DNA of 64,000 bases from an uncultured Methanomicrobiaceae archaeon (GTDB taxonomy: Archaea; Halobacteriota; Methanomicrobia; Methanomicrobiales; Methanoculleaceae): NCBI GenBank assembly GCA_963826525.1, contig CAWGXH010000004.1, positions 1,696,001 through 1,760,000 on the forward strand, given 5' to 3'. This document shows, piece after piece, positions 1 to 13,854 of the stretch (position 1 is the stretch's first letter; each line of letters opens with the position of its first letter). The notes under the pieces were generated by a model. It saw only the letters and a program-made list of their open reading frames with translations. It did not search any database and had not been told where the DNA came from. The translations under genes were made by a program, and so were the position numbers.

Positions 1-230
1 TGGCTGACTCCGAGGCGCTTTGCTATCTCCTTGACCGCACGCTGCAGTTCCCAGTTCCTTTTGGTCAGCCGAACAAGGAGATGCGATCCCTCGTCGCCGT
101 AGGGGAGCGGAATCTCCTCGACGATAAAATCTTCAGGTTCTGTCCGGAGCCGTCCGCCGATGCCCGGCGTATCGCTGCTGTAGTAGCGCATGCCGAGCTC
201 GAGTTCCAGGGGAAATGGTGACTGCATCAT
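1..230 (-). CDS. truD: tRNA pseudouridine(13) synthase TruD, N-terminal part (runs off window)
   Basis: Manual translation MMQSPFPLELELGMRYYSSDTPGIGGRLRTEPEDFIVEEI...LTKRNWE; the G-GG-LR--PEDF-VEE motif is the TruD N-terminus; ATGA overlap with pth2 stop. Confidence 0.88.
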   Translation of the reverse strand, partial: MMQSPFPLELELGMRYYSSDTPGIGGRLRTEPEDFIVEEIPLPYGDEGSHLLVRLTKRNWELQRAVKEIAKRLGVS

Positions 231-589
231 AGGAGAGAGAGATCGCCGGTGATCCGATCAAGCGCTTCACTTCTGGCAGGTCCGAGGCCGAGTGCGGTCA
301 CGGTGCCGGGAGGGATCTCGGTAAGGCCGGCGTCCTGAATGATCGAAGCTGCTATTCCTGCCTGTTCGGCTATTGTTTTGATCTCGAAGAGTTGCCGCTC
401 GGAATTCGCCTTGAGTACCACCTTCTTTTGCCCTTCGTCAAGCCAGTTCTTCCTCGCAATTTTATCGGCCTTCTCATAGGCTCCGACGGCTGCGTGGGCT
501 ATCTGGGCGCATTTCTTCCCGCAACTCATTTTGACGTCGCTACGCACAATCAGGCATTGTTTCCACTTAAAATCGGGTATATCCGGCAT
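227..589 (-). CDS. pth2: peptidyl-tRNA hydrolase Pth2
   Basis: KQCLIVRSDVKMSCGKKCAQIAHA, GQKKVVLK, IQDAGLTEIPPGTVTALGLGP motifs. Confidence 0.95.
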   Translation of the reverse strand: MPDIPDFKWKQCLIVRSDVKMSCGKKCAQIAHAAVGAYEKADKIARKNWLDEGQKKVVLKANSERQLFEIKTIAEQAGIAASIIQDAGLTEIPPGTVTALGLGPARSEALDRITGDLSLL

Positions 590-737
590 CTCGTATGTAT
601 CTGTTGAGGTTATCTATCAAATATGCTCCTGTCGGGAAAGTGAAAGCCGGTCGCGGTACGTGGGAACTGGCTCCCTCTCTCCCAGGGTAGGCAAGAAGCA
701 GCGCAGTGGGATTCTCGTTCTGCGGCGAGCACATTAG

Positions 738-920
738 ATGGCTCTATTCTTAGAGCTGTCGACAGTGTCTACCCATATGGCATACCAGCTTTCCGGATAT
801 TCCGACATCTCGTGTCCATGCACTGCAGTTGGGGTGGCGGAGATTGCAGCATCGCTGATGGCTATCATGGTTCTGCTGACGGTTTTCTTCATCGTCCTGC
901 CGGTGCGGGAGTACAACTGA
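738..920 (+). CDS. putative small single-pass membrane protein
   Basis: 60-aa ATG ORF in a gap, with hydrophobic stretch IAASLMAIMVLLTVFFIVLPV; no recognised family. Confidence 0.3.
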   Translation: MALFLELSTVSTHMAYQLSGYSDISCPCTAVGVAEIAASLMAIMVLLTVFFIVLPVREYN

Positions 921-1048
921 AGGTGCTCTCCAAACTCCCCCTCACCGCTGTTCCGCATCCGGCATAACCGTCAGTTTATGCCTGTTCAGATCCATTAGTA
1001 TCATACGTTCGTCACGTCACGCCCCATGTCGAATGTGAATAGGGTGAG

Positions 1049-2209
1049 GTGCTGATTCTGGTCTACGATGTTGTAGTGGTGGGCGCTGGCCCGGCGGGAA
1101 GTGCTGCCGCCCGTTCCTGTGCCGAGCACGGGTTAAAGACACTTCTTGTCGAGGAGCACGCCGCCGTCGGGTATCCTGTCCAGTGTGCCGGTCTTCTGAG
1201 CACGGCGGCCTTCGAAGTATGCCGGGTATCCTCTCGTTCTATCCTGAACGAGATCCGTGGCGCCCGGATGGTATCGGGCATCGGCGGCGAGGTCTGTTTC
1301 GACGCCGGGAAGACGAAGGCTTACGTCGTCGACCGTGCTGTCCTCGACCGGGAGATGGCAGAAGAGGCCGCCCGTGCCGGTGCTGGGCTTCGCCTCAAAA
1401 CCTACGTTGCCGGGATCCGTGACGGAAACCTTCTGACCCGGGGGCTCGGCGGCCGCGAGGAGATACCGTTCCGTCTCCTGATCGCCGCAGACGGGCCGCG
1501 GAGTTCCATCGCCCGGATGCTCGGTATGGAGCGGTCGCCGATCTACCTCTCCGGTGTCCAGGCCGATCTGCCGTGCGAGATAGACCCGCGCTATGTCGAG
1601 CTGCACCCGAATGCCTCGCCCGACTTCTTCGGGTGGGTGATACCGGTGAACGGGCGGCGTGCCAGGGTCGGCCTCTGCAGCGGCGCTTTTACGAAGGAGC
1701 GTTTTGCTGCTTTCGTCTCGCAGTATCCGGCAGGGTGCGTTCATCTGGTCTCGGGCACCATACCGCTCGGGGTGATGCCCCGGACGTACGGCCACAAAAC
1801 TCTCTTTGTCGGGGACGCGGGCGGTTTTGCCAAACCCACGTCCGGCGGAGGTGTCTATACCGGTGTCCGCTCCGCAGAGCACGCAGCTCTCGTGGCATCG
1901 GCATGCTGTAAAAAAGGGACGTTCGACGACGGCGCCCTGCGGGAGTATGAAACCCGGTGGCGGCAGGATTTCGGAAAGGAGCTCGCCGTGGGGTTAAAAC
2001 TTCTCAAAATACGGCAGGCAATGACCCCGGAAGAGATAGACCGCCTCTGCAGAGTGATGGACGATCCCGATGTCCTTGAGACGATTGTGCGGTTCGGGGA
2101 TATGGATCGCCCGAGTGCCCTGGTGCGCCGCCTCGCGGTAAAACCTTCGATACTCAAAGCGGCAGGCGTTATTTTTGCCTCGGGCATCCGACATATTCTG
2201 AAAAACTAA
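1049..2209 (+). CDS. geranylgeranyl reductase family FAD-dependent oxidoreductase
   Basis: YDVVVVGAGPAGS Rossmann motif, CAG, ADG, FFGWVIP, VGDAGGFAKPTSGGGV. Confidence 0.9.
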   Translation: MLILVYDVVVVGAGPAGSAAARSCAEHGLKTLLVEEHAAVGYPVQCAGLLSTAAFEVCRVSSRSILNEIRGARMVSGIGGEVCFDAGKTKAYVVDRAVLDREMAEEAARAGAGLRLKTYVAGIRDGNLLTRGLGGREEIPFRLLIAADGPRSSIARMLGMERSPIYLSGVQADLPCEIDPRYVELHPNASPDFFGWVIPVNGRRARVGLCSGAFTKERFAAFVSQYPAGCVHLVSGTIPLGVMPRTYGHKTLFVGDAGGFAKPTSGGGVYTGVRSAEHAALVASACCKKGTFDDGALREYETRWRQDFGKELAVGLKLLKIRQAMTPEEIDRLCRVMDDPDVLETIVRFGDMDRPSALVRRLAVKPSILKAAGVIFASGIRHILKN

Positions 2210-2226
2210 AATTGGAATAACCCTTC

Positions 2227-2254
2227 GTAACACTTTTATATCTGGGTGTGCTAC
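2227..2254. promoter_or_regulatory. NikR-like operator (GTAACA-N16-TGCTAC) enclosing the TATA box of the ECF operon
   Basis: 28-bp imperfect palindrome gtaacac-ttttatatctgggt-gtgctac, same geometry as the NikR operator GTATGA-N16-TCATAC; TTTTATAT at 2234-2241. Confidence 0.6.
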
Positions 2255-2272
2255 TATCTCGCTGGTGCTACA

Positions 2273-2917
2273 ATGCATATACCTGATGCGTTTATTCCGA
2301 TCGGGCAGGCTGCCGTATACTGGATCATTGCCCTGATCTTCATCGCTCTCTCATTGAGATGGGCACGAAAGGAGCTTACCGAGGAGAAAATCCCGCTCGT
2401 AGCTGTTCTGGCTGCAGGAATCTTTGCAATTCAGGCCTTCAACCTGCCGGTGGGTATGGGGACGAGCGGCCACCTCGTGGGAGGGGCCCTTGCCGCGATT
2501 GTCCTGGGCTCTCCCTTTGCTGCGGTCTTTATCCTCACCCTGGTCTTGATCATCCAGGGCGTATTCTTCGGCGACGGTGGTATCACAACCATGGGCGCGA
2601 ATATCATAAACATGGGTGTTATCGGTGGTTTTGTCGGGTATTACGGATTCACGTCCTTAAAGAGCATAACCGGAAACACGTATATCTCCGCCGGGATTGC
2701 CGCCTGGTTTGCCTGTCTCATCCCCGCACTTGCGGCATCGGTCGAGATGTTCATCGCAGGCACGTTCCCCCTCGTTCCGGGCCTTCTCGCCATGGGTACC
2801 TACCATGCGGCCATCGGCATCATCGAAGGCGGGATCACCGCAGGAGCACTCTATCTTATATACCATGTCCGTCCCGATCTGATGTCGCTGGAGAGCGAGA
2901 GCGGGGTGGCGGCATGA
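2273..2917 (+). CDS. cbiM: Ni/Co ECF transporter substrate component (NikM/CbiM)
   Basis: N-terminal MHIPD, GTSGHLVGGAL, FGDGGITTMGANIINMG. Confidence 0.92.
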   Translation: MHIPDAFIPIGQAAVYWIIALIFIALSLRWARKELTEEKIPLVAVLAAGIFAIQAFNLPVGMGTSGHLVGGALAAIVLGSPFAAVFILTLVLIIQGVFFGDGGITTMGANIINMGVIGGFVGYYGFTSLKSITGNTYISAGIAAWFACLIPALAASVEMFIAGTFPLVPGLLAMGTYHAAIGIIEGGITAGALYLIYHVRPDLMSLESESGVAA

Positions 2918-3249
2918 TGGAGACCAGGATGTTTATCGCTATCGGGATCGCTCTTGCGATCATCATCGGCGTTGCGGCGGTATTCCTCGCATCGAGCGAT
3001 CCGGATGGGCTGGAAAGCACGGCTCTCTTTGTGCAGGGCGACAAGACATTGACAGGTTCGTCCCCCGAAGATGGCAATCCCGAAGCGGTCGGGTCCGGCA
3101 CATTTGCCTATGAAGCGCCGATGCCTGATTATGCTCTGGGGGAGGAACTGGGGTCTTTTGGCGCAATTATTGCCATAATCGTTGGCATCCTGGTCGCCTT
3201 TGGCCTTGTCTTCGGCATCAGTAAAGCGGTTGCCACATCAAAACAATGA
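2914..3249 (+). CDS. PDGLE-domain ECF accessory membrane protein (NikN-like)
   Basis: ASSDPDGLE and APMPDY motifs between two TM helices; ATGA overlap with cbiM. Confidence 0.88.
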   Translation: MMETRMFIAIGIALAIIIGVAAVFLASSDPDGLESTALFVQGDKTLTGSSPEDGNPEAVGSGTFAYEAPMPDYALGEELGSFGAIIAIIVGILVAFGLVFGISKAVATSKQ

Positions 3250-3283
3250 TTTATCTCCTATTTTTCCAAAGTAGTGATTACAG

Positions 3284-4117
3284 ATGCATCTGATCGAGAC
3301 TCGGAATCTCTGTTACTCCTACCGGGGTACTGACCTGGCCCTGAACAATGTCAACTTCATTGCGGGCAGGAAGAAACGGATCGCAGTAATTGGAGCGAAC
3401 GGTGCAGGAAAGAGCACGCTCTTCAAGCATTTTAACGGCATTCTCAAGCCAACATCCGGGGAGGTGCTCATCAGAGGCGAACCGATCACGAGACAGAATA
3501 TCAGGGAGGTGCGGAAGTTCGTCGGCATCGTCTTCCAGAACCCTGACGACCAGATCTTCTCGCCGACCGTCGAGCAGGACGTGGCATTCGGGCCGGCAAA
3601 CCTGGGGCTCGACAGTGAGACCGTCCAGCACCGTGTGGATGAGGCGCTTCGCATTGTCGGAATCGAAGATCTCCGGAATCGTGTCCCTCATCACCTGAGT
3701 GGAGGGGAGAAGAAACGAGTCTCCATTGCAGGGATCATAGCCATGGAGCCCCAGGTGATGATCATGGACGAACCGACGGCGGGCCTTGACCCGCAGGGCG
3801 TCTCCGATCTGGTCGATTTCATCAATACGCTACCGGAAAAATATGGCATGACGGTGATCATCTCTACGCACCATCTCGAGATCGTTCCTGAGATTGCAGA
3901 CGAGATCTGGATCATGAACCGGGGGTCTGTTGTCGGTAGAGGGACCCTTCAGGAGGTATTCGTGCAGGAAGATCTGTTGAACTCCGCACGCCTGCAGGTG
4001 CCCGTGCTCCCGCGACTGATTCGTTCGCTCCAGCGTCAGGGAGTGGATATTCGGATGGGATACACGTATGATGATGTGGAGGCGGCACTTTCGGAGAAGC
4101 TCAAGGGATCGCCATGA
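3284..4117 (+). CDS. cbiO: ECF transporter ATPase (CbiO/NikO)
   Basis: GANGAGKST, VFQNPDDQIF, LSGGEKKR, MDEPT. Confidence 0.92.
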   Translation: MHLIETRNLCYSYRGTDLALNNVNFIAGRKKRIAVIGANGAGKSTLFKHFNGILKPTSGEVLIRGEPITRQNIREVRKFVGIVFQNPDDQIFSPTVEQDVAFGPANLGLDSETVQHRVDEALRIVGIEDLRNRVPHHLSGGEKKRVSIAGIIAMEPQVMIMDEPTAGLDPQGVSDLVDFINTLPEKYGMTVIISTHHLEIVPEIADEIWIMNRGSVVGRGTLQEVFVQEDLLNSARLQVPVLPRLIRSLQRQGVDIRMGYTYDDVEAALSEKLKGSP

Positions 4118-4929
4118 TCGATGAACTCTACGACATCGAACGCATGGCGTATCGTAACAGTTCGGTCCACCGCCTGGACGCGAGAGTAAAGATTCTCATC
4201 TGCTTTGCATGCATCATTGCCGTTGTGGCATTCCCATACTCCACGCAAGTTTACCTTTTCGGGGGAGTGATGTTCCTCTTCTTCCTCTGTCTGTGGGCGT
4301 TCTCCCGCTTGCCCCCGCAGGTTTATCTGAAGCGGTTCCTCATGGTCCTTCCATTTGGATTTTTCATCATATTCTTCCAGATCTTCTTTGAGAATTCGCG
4401 ATATTCCAGTTTTAACGCGATCCTCGACCTGCCCTTCGGGATTCACATATTCGCCGAATCGGTGGAGTTCGCCACTATCCTCGGGGCCAAGTTTCTGGTC
4501 TGCATCTCCTTCATCATCCTGCTCTCCTCGACGACCAAGATGCAGGATCTTCTGGATGGTGCCGGGAGGCTGGGTCTGCCGCCTGAGTTTGCGCTTGTTC
4601 TGGGCATGATGATGCGGTATCTCTTCGTCTTTGCCAGCATGTTCAACCGGGTGAAGCATGCACTTGAAACCCGGTGCTTCGACATATTCGACGGTTCCTT
4701 GCCGTATACGTATCGTCTCAGGCAGATGAGTTATACAATCGGGTCGGTCTTTATCAGGTCGTTCGAGCAGGGAGAACGCACATATATTAGCATGCTCTGT
4801 CGGGGCTATGGAAAGGAGTCCTATATTTTTCTTGCAAAAAAGCCTCTGCGCCCTGGGGAATGGACGCTCCTGGTGATGGCATTCGTCTTCATCGTGACGG
4901 TCTCCGTCAGTACCTATCTGCTTGCATAA
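4114..4929 (+). CDS. cbiQ: ECF transporter T component (CbiQ/NikQ)
   Basis: SSVHRLDARVK, MMRYLFV, FIRSFEQGERTYISMLCRGY. Confidence 0.92.
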   Translation: MIDELYDIERMAYRNSSVHRLDARVKILICFACIIAVVAFPYSTQVYLFGGVMFLFFLCLWAFSRLPPQVYLKRFLMVLPFGFFIIFFQIFFENSRYSSFNAILDLPFGIHIFAESVEFATILGAKFLVCISFIILLSSTTKMQDLLDGAGRLGLPPEFALVLGMMMRYLFVFASMFNRVKHALETRCFDIFDGSLPYTYRLRQMSYTIGSVFIRSFEQGERTYISMLCRGYGKESYIFLAKKPLRPGEWTLLVMAFVFIVTVSVSTYLLA

Positions 4930-5041
4930 TACCGCTTCTGCCTCCGACCCGGGCAGCCGGAGCTGGAGCACTGCCCGATGCGACCGATGCTCGACGTTCT
5001 CGTTCAGCACTATTATGTAGATTCCCATGTGATCCATGTAT

Positions 5042-5350
5042 ATGACGAGCGAGTTTGGGCGAGGGTTCGTGGTCAATCTGATGCTGCTTGCAAAGCACTT
5101 CGGGCTGCCGCCTGAGAGAGCATTCTACGGCGCTTCGGATCACCTCGACGACCTGATACTCCCTGAGGTATTCCGTGGAACCGAGATCGAAACGCTTGTG
5201 GAGCGGCTCCGCAAGCAGGTGATCTGGCACCAGCCCGGCACGATGGACAGAGAGGATGCGGCTGACATCCGAAGGCTCATAAACCGGCTTGCGATCGCGA
5301 TCGATAAGCACCTCGGCATTCCCGATCCGGATGCCGGAAAGTATGACTGA
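5042..5350 (+). CDS. hypothetical protein
   Basis: Clean ORF between cbiQ and gyrB with typical codon usage. Confidence 0.75.
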   Translation: MTSEFGRGFVVNLMLLAKHFGLPPERAFYGASDHLDDLILPEVFRGTEIETLVERLRKQVIWHQPGTMDREDAADIRRLINRLAIAIDKHLGIPDPDAGKYD

Positions 5351-5454
5351 ACATTCGCTTTCGATCAGCGGACACCTATAAGTGCTTATAAAACCAATAT
5401 ATACTGTGAATTTTGTTACGATTCAGGACGCTGCTCTTCTAGCGGAGGTCACAG

Positions 5455-9840
<4,386 letters not shown>

Positions 9841-9876
9841 CTCCTTCTTTTCAGTGAGCGTACCCTAAAAGAGATT

Positions 9877-10092
9877 TTAGTAAGTTGGTTTCTGGAAGTA
9901 CGGGAGCGCCGCAGGCGTGTATCGTTCGACCTCCGCGAAGAAGTATCGTGACAACTCCTGGTCGGAGTCGTTGATCGCCTGCTGCAGTGTCCGTGAGAGC
10001 CACCCCTTTATCTCCTGGTTCTGATCCATCGTGTTCATGACGACGACGACAGCTTCGTCCACATCGGTTTTATCCTTCCAACGGTAAGGCAT
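9877..10092 (-). CDS. small hypothetical protein
   Basis: 71-aa ATG ORF with upstream GGTGA RBS and TTTTATAA TATA on the minus strand. Confidence 0.7.
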   Translation of the reverse strand: MPYRWKDKTDVDEAVVVVMNTMDQNQEIKGWLSRTLQQAINDSDQELSRYFFAEVERYTPAALPYFQKPTY

Positions 10093-10308
10093 GCTTTTTC
10101 ACCTCTACGGGGTGTATGTATCCGGTTCGGTTATAAAACATTTGTGGGAGTTCCGACCCGGGAATCGGGCTCTTCCGTTCCGGGCGCAGGGTGCCTCTCC
10201 TGGATGAAGCCGCTCTGCTCTTCAGAGATGTTGTGCGGTATGCGGGGGCTTTTAGTAGGATAGGGGAGAAGGAAACTTTATGAAGCCTCTGCTGAAGGTG
10301 GTGGACCT

Positions 10309-10722
10309 GTGCTGAGAAGGACGATCCGTCTTGAAACCCACGGCGAAGGGGATATCGTCGATCTCACGCCGCACGTTGAGCGTGTCGTGCGCGAGAGCGG
10401 CGTTCTGGACGGGCTTGTGAATATCTTCATCCCCGGATCCACCGCAGCGGTGACGACCATCGAGTACGAGGCAGGTGTCCTTGCCGATCTTGCCCGGGCA
10501 CTCTCGGTGATTGCTCCCGGCGACATCCCCTACGCTCATGACCGGGCATGGGGTGACGGGAACGGACGTTCTCACGTGAAGGCAGCCGTCGTCGGTCCTT
10601 CAGTCACAGTTCCGGTGATCGAGGGCGATCTCGGGTGCGGAACCTGGCAGCAGATCGTCCTTCTGGAACTTGATGTCCGGCCTGTCAGGAACCGGACGAT
10701 TATCGTCACGGTTACGGATTAG
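10309..10722 (+). CDS. YjbQ/UPF0047 family protein
   Basis: GSTAAVTTIEYE, GDGNGRSHVKA, GTWQQIVLLELD. Confidence 0.9.
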   Translation: MLRRTIRLETHGEGDIVDLTPHVERVVRESGVLDGLVNIFIPGSTAAVTTIEYEAGVLADLARALSVIAPGDIPYAHDRAWGDGNGRSHVKAAVVGPSVTVPVIEGDLGCGTWQQIVLLELDVRPVRNRTIIVTVTD

Positions 10723-10889
10723 TATCGCATGATGTGGTGACTGCCTGACAAAAAGTGGGAGTATAGGGGTGGTTGTTTTCAAGCGAGGGCACGAGAATAC
10801 GGTGGTACTCCGGAAGTGCGTATCCGCATCTCCTCTTCTCGCACGTGACTGCTCCCACCCGACGGTTCCTGTACAAAACGGTAACCGGT

Positions 10890-11153
10890 TCAGTCGAGGG
10901 GAACGGTCTCGAGTTGCGACACCAGCTCCCAGATGCGCGTCCGGGCGTGGACCGGCATATTGGGGTCGTTGCTGATCTCGTCGATCATGGATATGGCCGT
11001 CGCAGCGCGAAGGCCGATGCTCTTTGAATTGTCCTGGAGGACGGATTTCGTTTCATCTGCAACACGTCGGATATTTCTCGGGATGGTACTATCTTCGGTG
11101 ATATTCTGTAACATTTGGATACAAACTCGTATTGTCTCATCGGGACTTGGCAT
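10890..11153 (-). CDS. UPF0147 family protein
   Basis: [10 protein letters not shown] and [16 protein letters not shown] motifs. Confidence 0.9.
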   Translation of the reverse strand: MPSPDETIRVCIQMLQNITEDSTIPRNIRRVADETKSVLQDNSKSIGLRAATAISMIDEISNDPNMPVHARTRIWELVSQLETVPLD

Positions 11154-11218
11154 ATTATCACCCCTTTATTATTAATTCCATCCCGACATAAATAAGTTGA
11201 TAAAGGAAGCTTGGAAGC

Positions 11219-11596
11219 ATGACAGCAGAGAAGGCTGACGAGGTTATGGCTGAGTACCTCCTTAAAGGGGGGAAAATGCTCTCAAAGAGCTGTAAAACGT
11301 GTGGATTCCCTCTCTTTGAATATAAGGGAGAAACGATCTGTGTCGTATGCCCGGGAGAAGGCGAGGCTGCCGAAGAGATCCCGCCGGTACCAGGCGTAGC
11401 CCCGGCGCAGCCCGTGAAAGAGGCACCGCAGGGAATTGCCGCTGCACCGTATGACCCTTGCGCATCCGAGCTGGAACGCACCCTGGTTGGCCTCTGCGAG
11501 CGCATCCGGACGGAGCCGCGGTCTGATGAGTGCCTTCGGCTGATGAAGGCCGTCAGGGCCGGCGCCGAGGCGCTCTCACTCCTTCGTCACTGGTAG
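11219..11596 (+). CDS. UPF0148 / Sjogren autoantigen p27-like zinc-ribbon protein
   Basis: LLKGGKMLSKSCKTCGFPLF...CVVC. Confidence 0.88.
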   Translation: MTAEKADEVMAEYLLKGGKMLSKSCKTCGFPLFEYKGETICVVCPGEGEAAEEIPPVPGVAPAQPVKEAPQGIAAAPYDPCASELERTLVGLCERIRTEPRSDECLRLMKAVRAGAEALSLLRHW

Positions 11597-13854
11597 GGGC
11601 GCCGGGCGAGATCCCATAGAGCTTCGGCGGTCTTCTCTCCGATCCCCCGCACGGCAACAAGATCGGTGATGTCCGCCTCGATAACCGCCTTCAGCGAGCC
11701 GAAATGCTCAAGGAGCAACCGGGCCTGCTTAAGGCCGATGTTCGGGAATGACGCTATTATGTACTCCTGCTCCTCCCGCCGGGAGCGGTACGATTTCCGG
11801 GGATGCATTTTCCTCTCCCCCCGCTCTCCTTCTTCGCGCTGCGCAAGGACGTAGAGCATATTCGCCGTATCGTCCGCATCTCGGGAGAAGAGCAGGGTCA
11901 CCCCGAGATCCACGGTTATCGCAACGAGCGTGCCCCGGATAGCGTTCGGGTGAATATTCCGCACCGTGTAGATGTCCCCTCCCTCAACGATCAGAATTGG
12001 GCGGGGCACCGCCTCGGCGAGCGCTTTAACCTGGCCGAAGAGATCTCTCTCCACCAGGGTATCGACAAAGTCCCGGTCGGTCTTCCGCTCGACGAGAATG
12101 CGATCTCCTATTGCGTAATCGCCCTGTTCCAGGCGGGAGAGATCGATCGATGCCCCGAGTTCGTGCAACCGCTCAACGACCCTTGAGGACATCTCCCGGT
12201 CGTCGACGGTGATCGCAGGGCCTGGTGCGACGAATTCGGTAAAACTCGTCTGCTTCGTAGAAGACGGCAGAGGAAGGAGGTGTGATTGATCCGGGGCGGC
12301 GAGGGGCGACGGAGTGGGCGCGCTCATATTCCGAATGCCCGAGACCATCGCCTTCTCCCGGTTCTGGCTGACATACCGGAACGTTTCGTCGCTCGTTCCT
12401 TTCGCCACCAGCACGACGATCTTCCCGGCACCGCTTCGGCCGGTTCTGCCCTTCCGCTGGATGCTCCGGATCTCGGACGGAACCGCCTCGTAAAAGACGA
12501 CCATATCAGTCGAGGGGACGTCAAGTCCCTCCTCACCGACGGATGTTGCGATCAGCACTTTGAATTCGCCGGCACGGAACCGGGCGAGCGCCTCTATCTG
12601 TTTCTTCTGGGAGAGCCCCTTCTCCGAATCCTTTGTTGCCTGTCCGACGAACCGCTCGCAATCGATGCCGCCGGCAGTGATGGCGTTTACGAGGTTCTGG
12701 ACGGTATCGCGATAGGTCGCAAAGACGATGATCCGGCTCTCGGGGTATGCCGCAAGTTGTGCACGGACGAGTTCCAGCGTGATGGCGACTTTCGGGTGGA
12801 GTTCTTCCGTCCACTCCCGCGACCGTTTCACGAGATCGAGGAAGGTTGCATCGTTCACGAGCCTTTTTGCCGCCTTGCTCCCCGTCGTGGAGCGCCCCTC
12901 CGCCCCGAGCCGGTCGAGGTAGAGCCGGAGAGCGACGCTTCCCTGTGTCTCGGTGAGCGATATCGCATGGCGGAGTTTCATGCACTCCGCGTGAAGCGAA
13001 GCCGCCATGAATGCCGCCTGGTCACGGGATCGGATCCGCTCCTGAATCGCTGCGTTCAGCTGATTGAGCGCCCGCATAGAGAGGTTCTGGGCTTTCGGAA
13101 CGTGAAAGCCGACCTCGGCAAGTTTCCCAAGGCGTGATTCGACGAGCGCCCGAAGGTCTGCGAGTGCCTCTGTGAGCTCTTCGGGGAGGTGGACGTCGAT
13201 GTACTGAACGTCCCGCTCGTGGATATAGGGTCGGACGTCTTCGTCGGTTTCGATGCGCGACTCCACGGCACTGATACCGAGGTTCCCGCAGACCTCCTGG
13301 ACCTTTGCGGCATCCCCGCCGGGAGATGCGGTCATCGCCAGAAGAAGCGGTTCAGCGGCAGTTGTAACGTAGTGGTTCGCGAGAAAGACGTAGGCGTAGT
13401 GGCCCACCGCCCGGTGGCACTCGTCGACCACGAGAAGCGAGACATCGCCAAGGGAGTATCTGCCTGCAATGCAGTCGTTCTTGATCACCTGCGGGGTGGC
13501 AAAGCAGATGCGGCACCGTTCCCATGCAGTCGCGCGTTCGCCTGGCGGCGTTTCCCCGGTGAACATGGCAAAATCCAGATCGTCAGGCTCGCCCCCGCCG
13601 TTCGCGAGCAAAAACTTCCGAAAGAAACGGTAGTGCTGCTCCACGAGCGGTTTTGTGGGTGCAAGCATCAGCACCCGGCCACTGTGTGAGTAGAGGCGGG
13701 ATGCTGCAACCAGAAGAGCGACGGCTGTCTTCCCGAGGCCCGTCGGAAGGACGACCATCGTGTTGCCGTCAAGTGCCCGGAGAGCGATCGAGAGCTGGTA
13801 GCGTCGCTCCTCGAGGCTCTCCGGCCTGATCAACGGATGAGAGATGCACTTCAT
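11587..13854 (-). CDS. hef: Hef helicase/nuclease (SF2 helicase + ERCC4 nuclease + HhH)
   Basis: PTGLGKT, DECH, MTASPG, QRKGRTGR; GDY...VERKT ERCC4 motif; C-terminal HhH. Confidence 0.93.
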   Translation of the reverse strand: MKCISHPLIRPESLEERRYQLSIALRALDGNTMVVLPTGLGKTAVALLVAASRLYSHSGRVLMLAPTKPLVEQHYRFFRKFLLANGGGEPDDLDFAMFTGETPPGERATAWERCRICFATPQVIKNDCIAGRYSLGDVSLLVVDECHRAVGHYAYVFLANHYVTTAAEPLLLAMTASPGGDAAKVQEVCGNLGISAVESRIETDEDVRPYIHERDVQYIDVHLPEELTEALADLRALVESRLGKLAEVGFHVPKAQNLSMRALNQLNAAIQERIRSRDQAAFMAASLHAECMKLRHAISLTETQGSVALRLYLDRLGAEGRSTTGSKAAKRLVNDATFLDLVKRSREWTEELHPKVAITLELVRAQLAAYPESRIIVFATYRDTVQNLVNAITAGGIDCERFVGQATKDSEKGLSQKKQIEALARFRAGEFKVLIATSVGEEGLDVPSTDMVVFYEAVPSEIRSIQRKGRTGRSGAGKIVVLVAKGTSDETFRYVSQNREKAMVSGIRNMSAPTPSPLAAPDQSHLLPLPSSTKQTSFTEFVAPGPAITVDDREMSSRVVERLHELGASIDLSRLEQGDYAIGDRILVERKTDRDFVDTLVERDLFGQVKALAEAVPRPILIVEGGDIYTVRNIHPNAIRGTLVAITVDLGVTLLFSRDADDTANMLYVLAQREEGERGERKMHPRKSYRSRREEQEYIIASFPNIGLKQARLLLEHFGSLKAVIEADITDLVAVRGIGEKTAEALWDLARRPYQ

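Noticed and set aside
2210-2272. Cobalamin riboswitch before cbiM
   Set aside because: Gap is only ~63 bp with no B12-box; a NikR-like operator fits better
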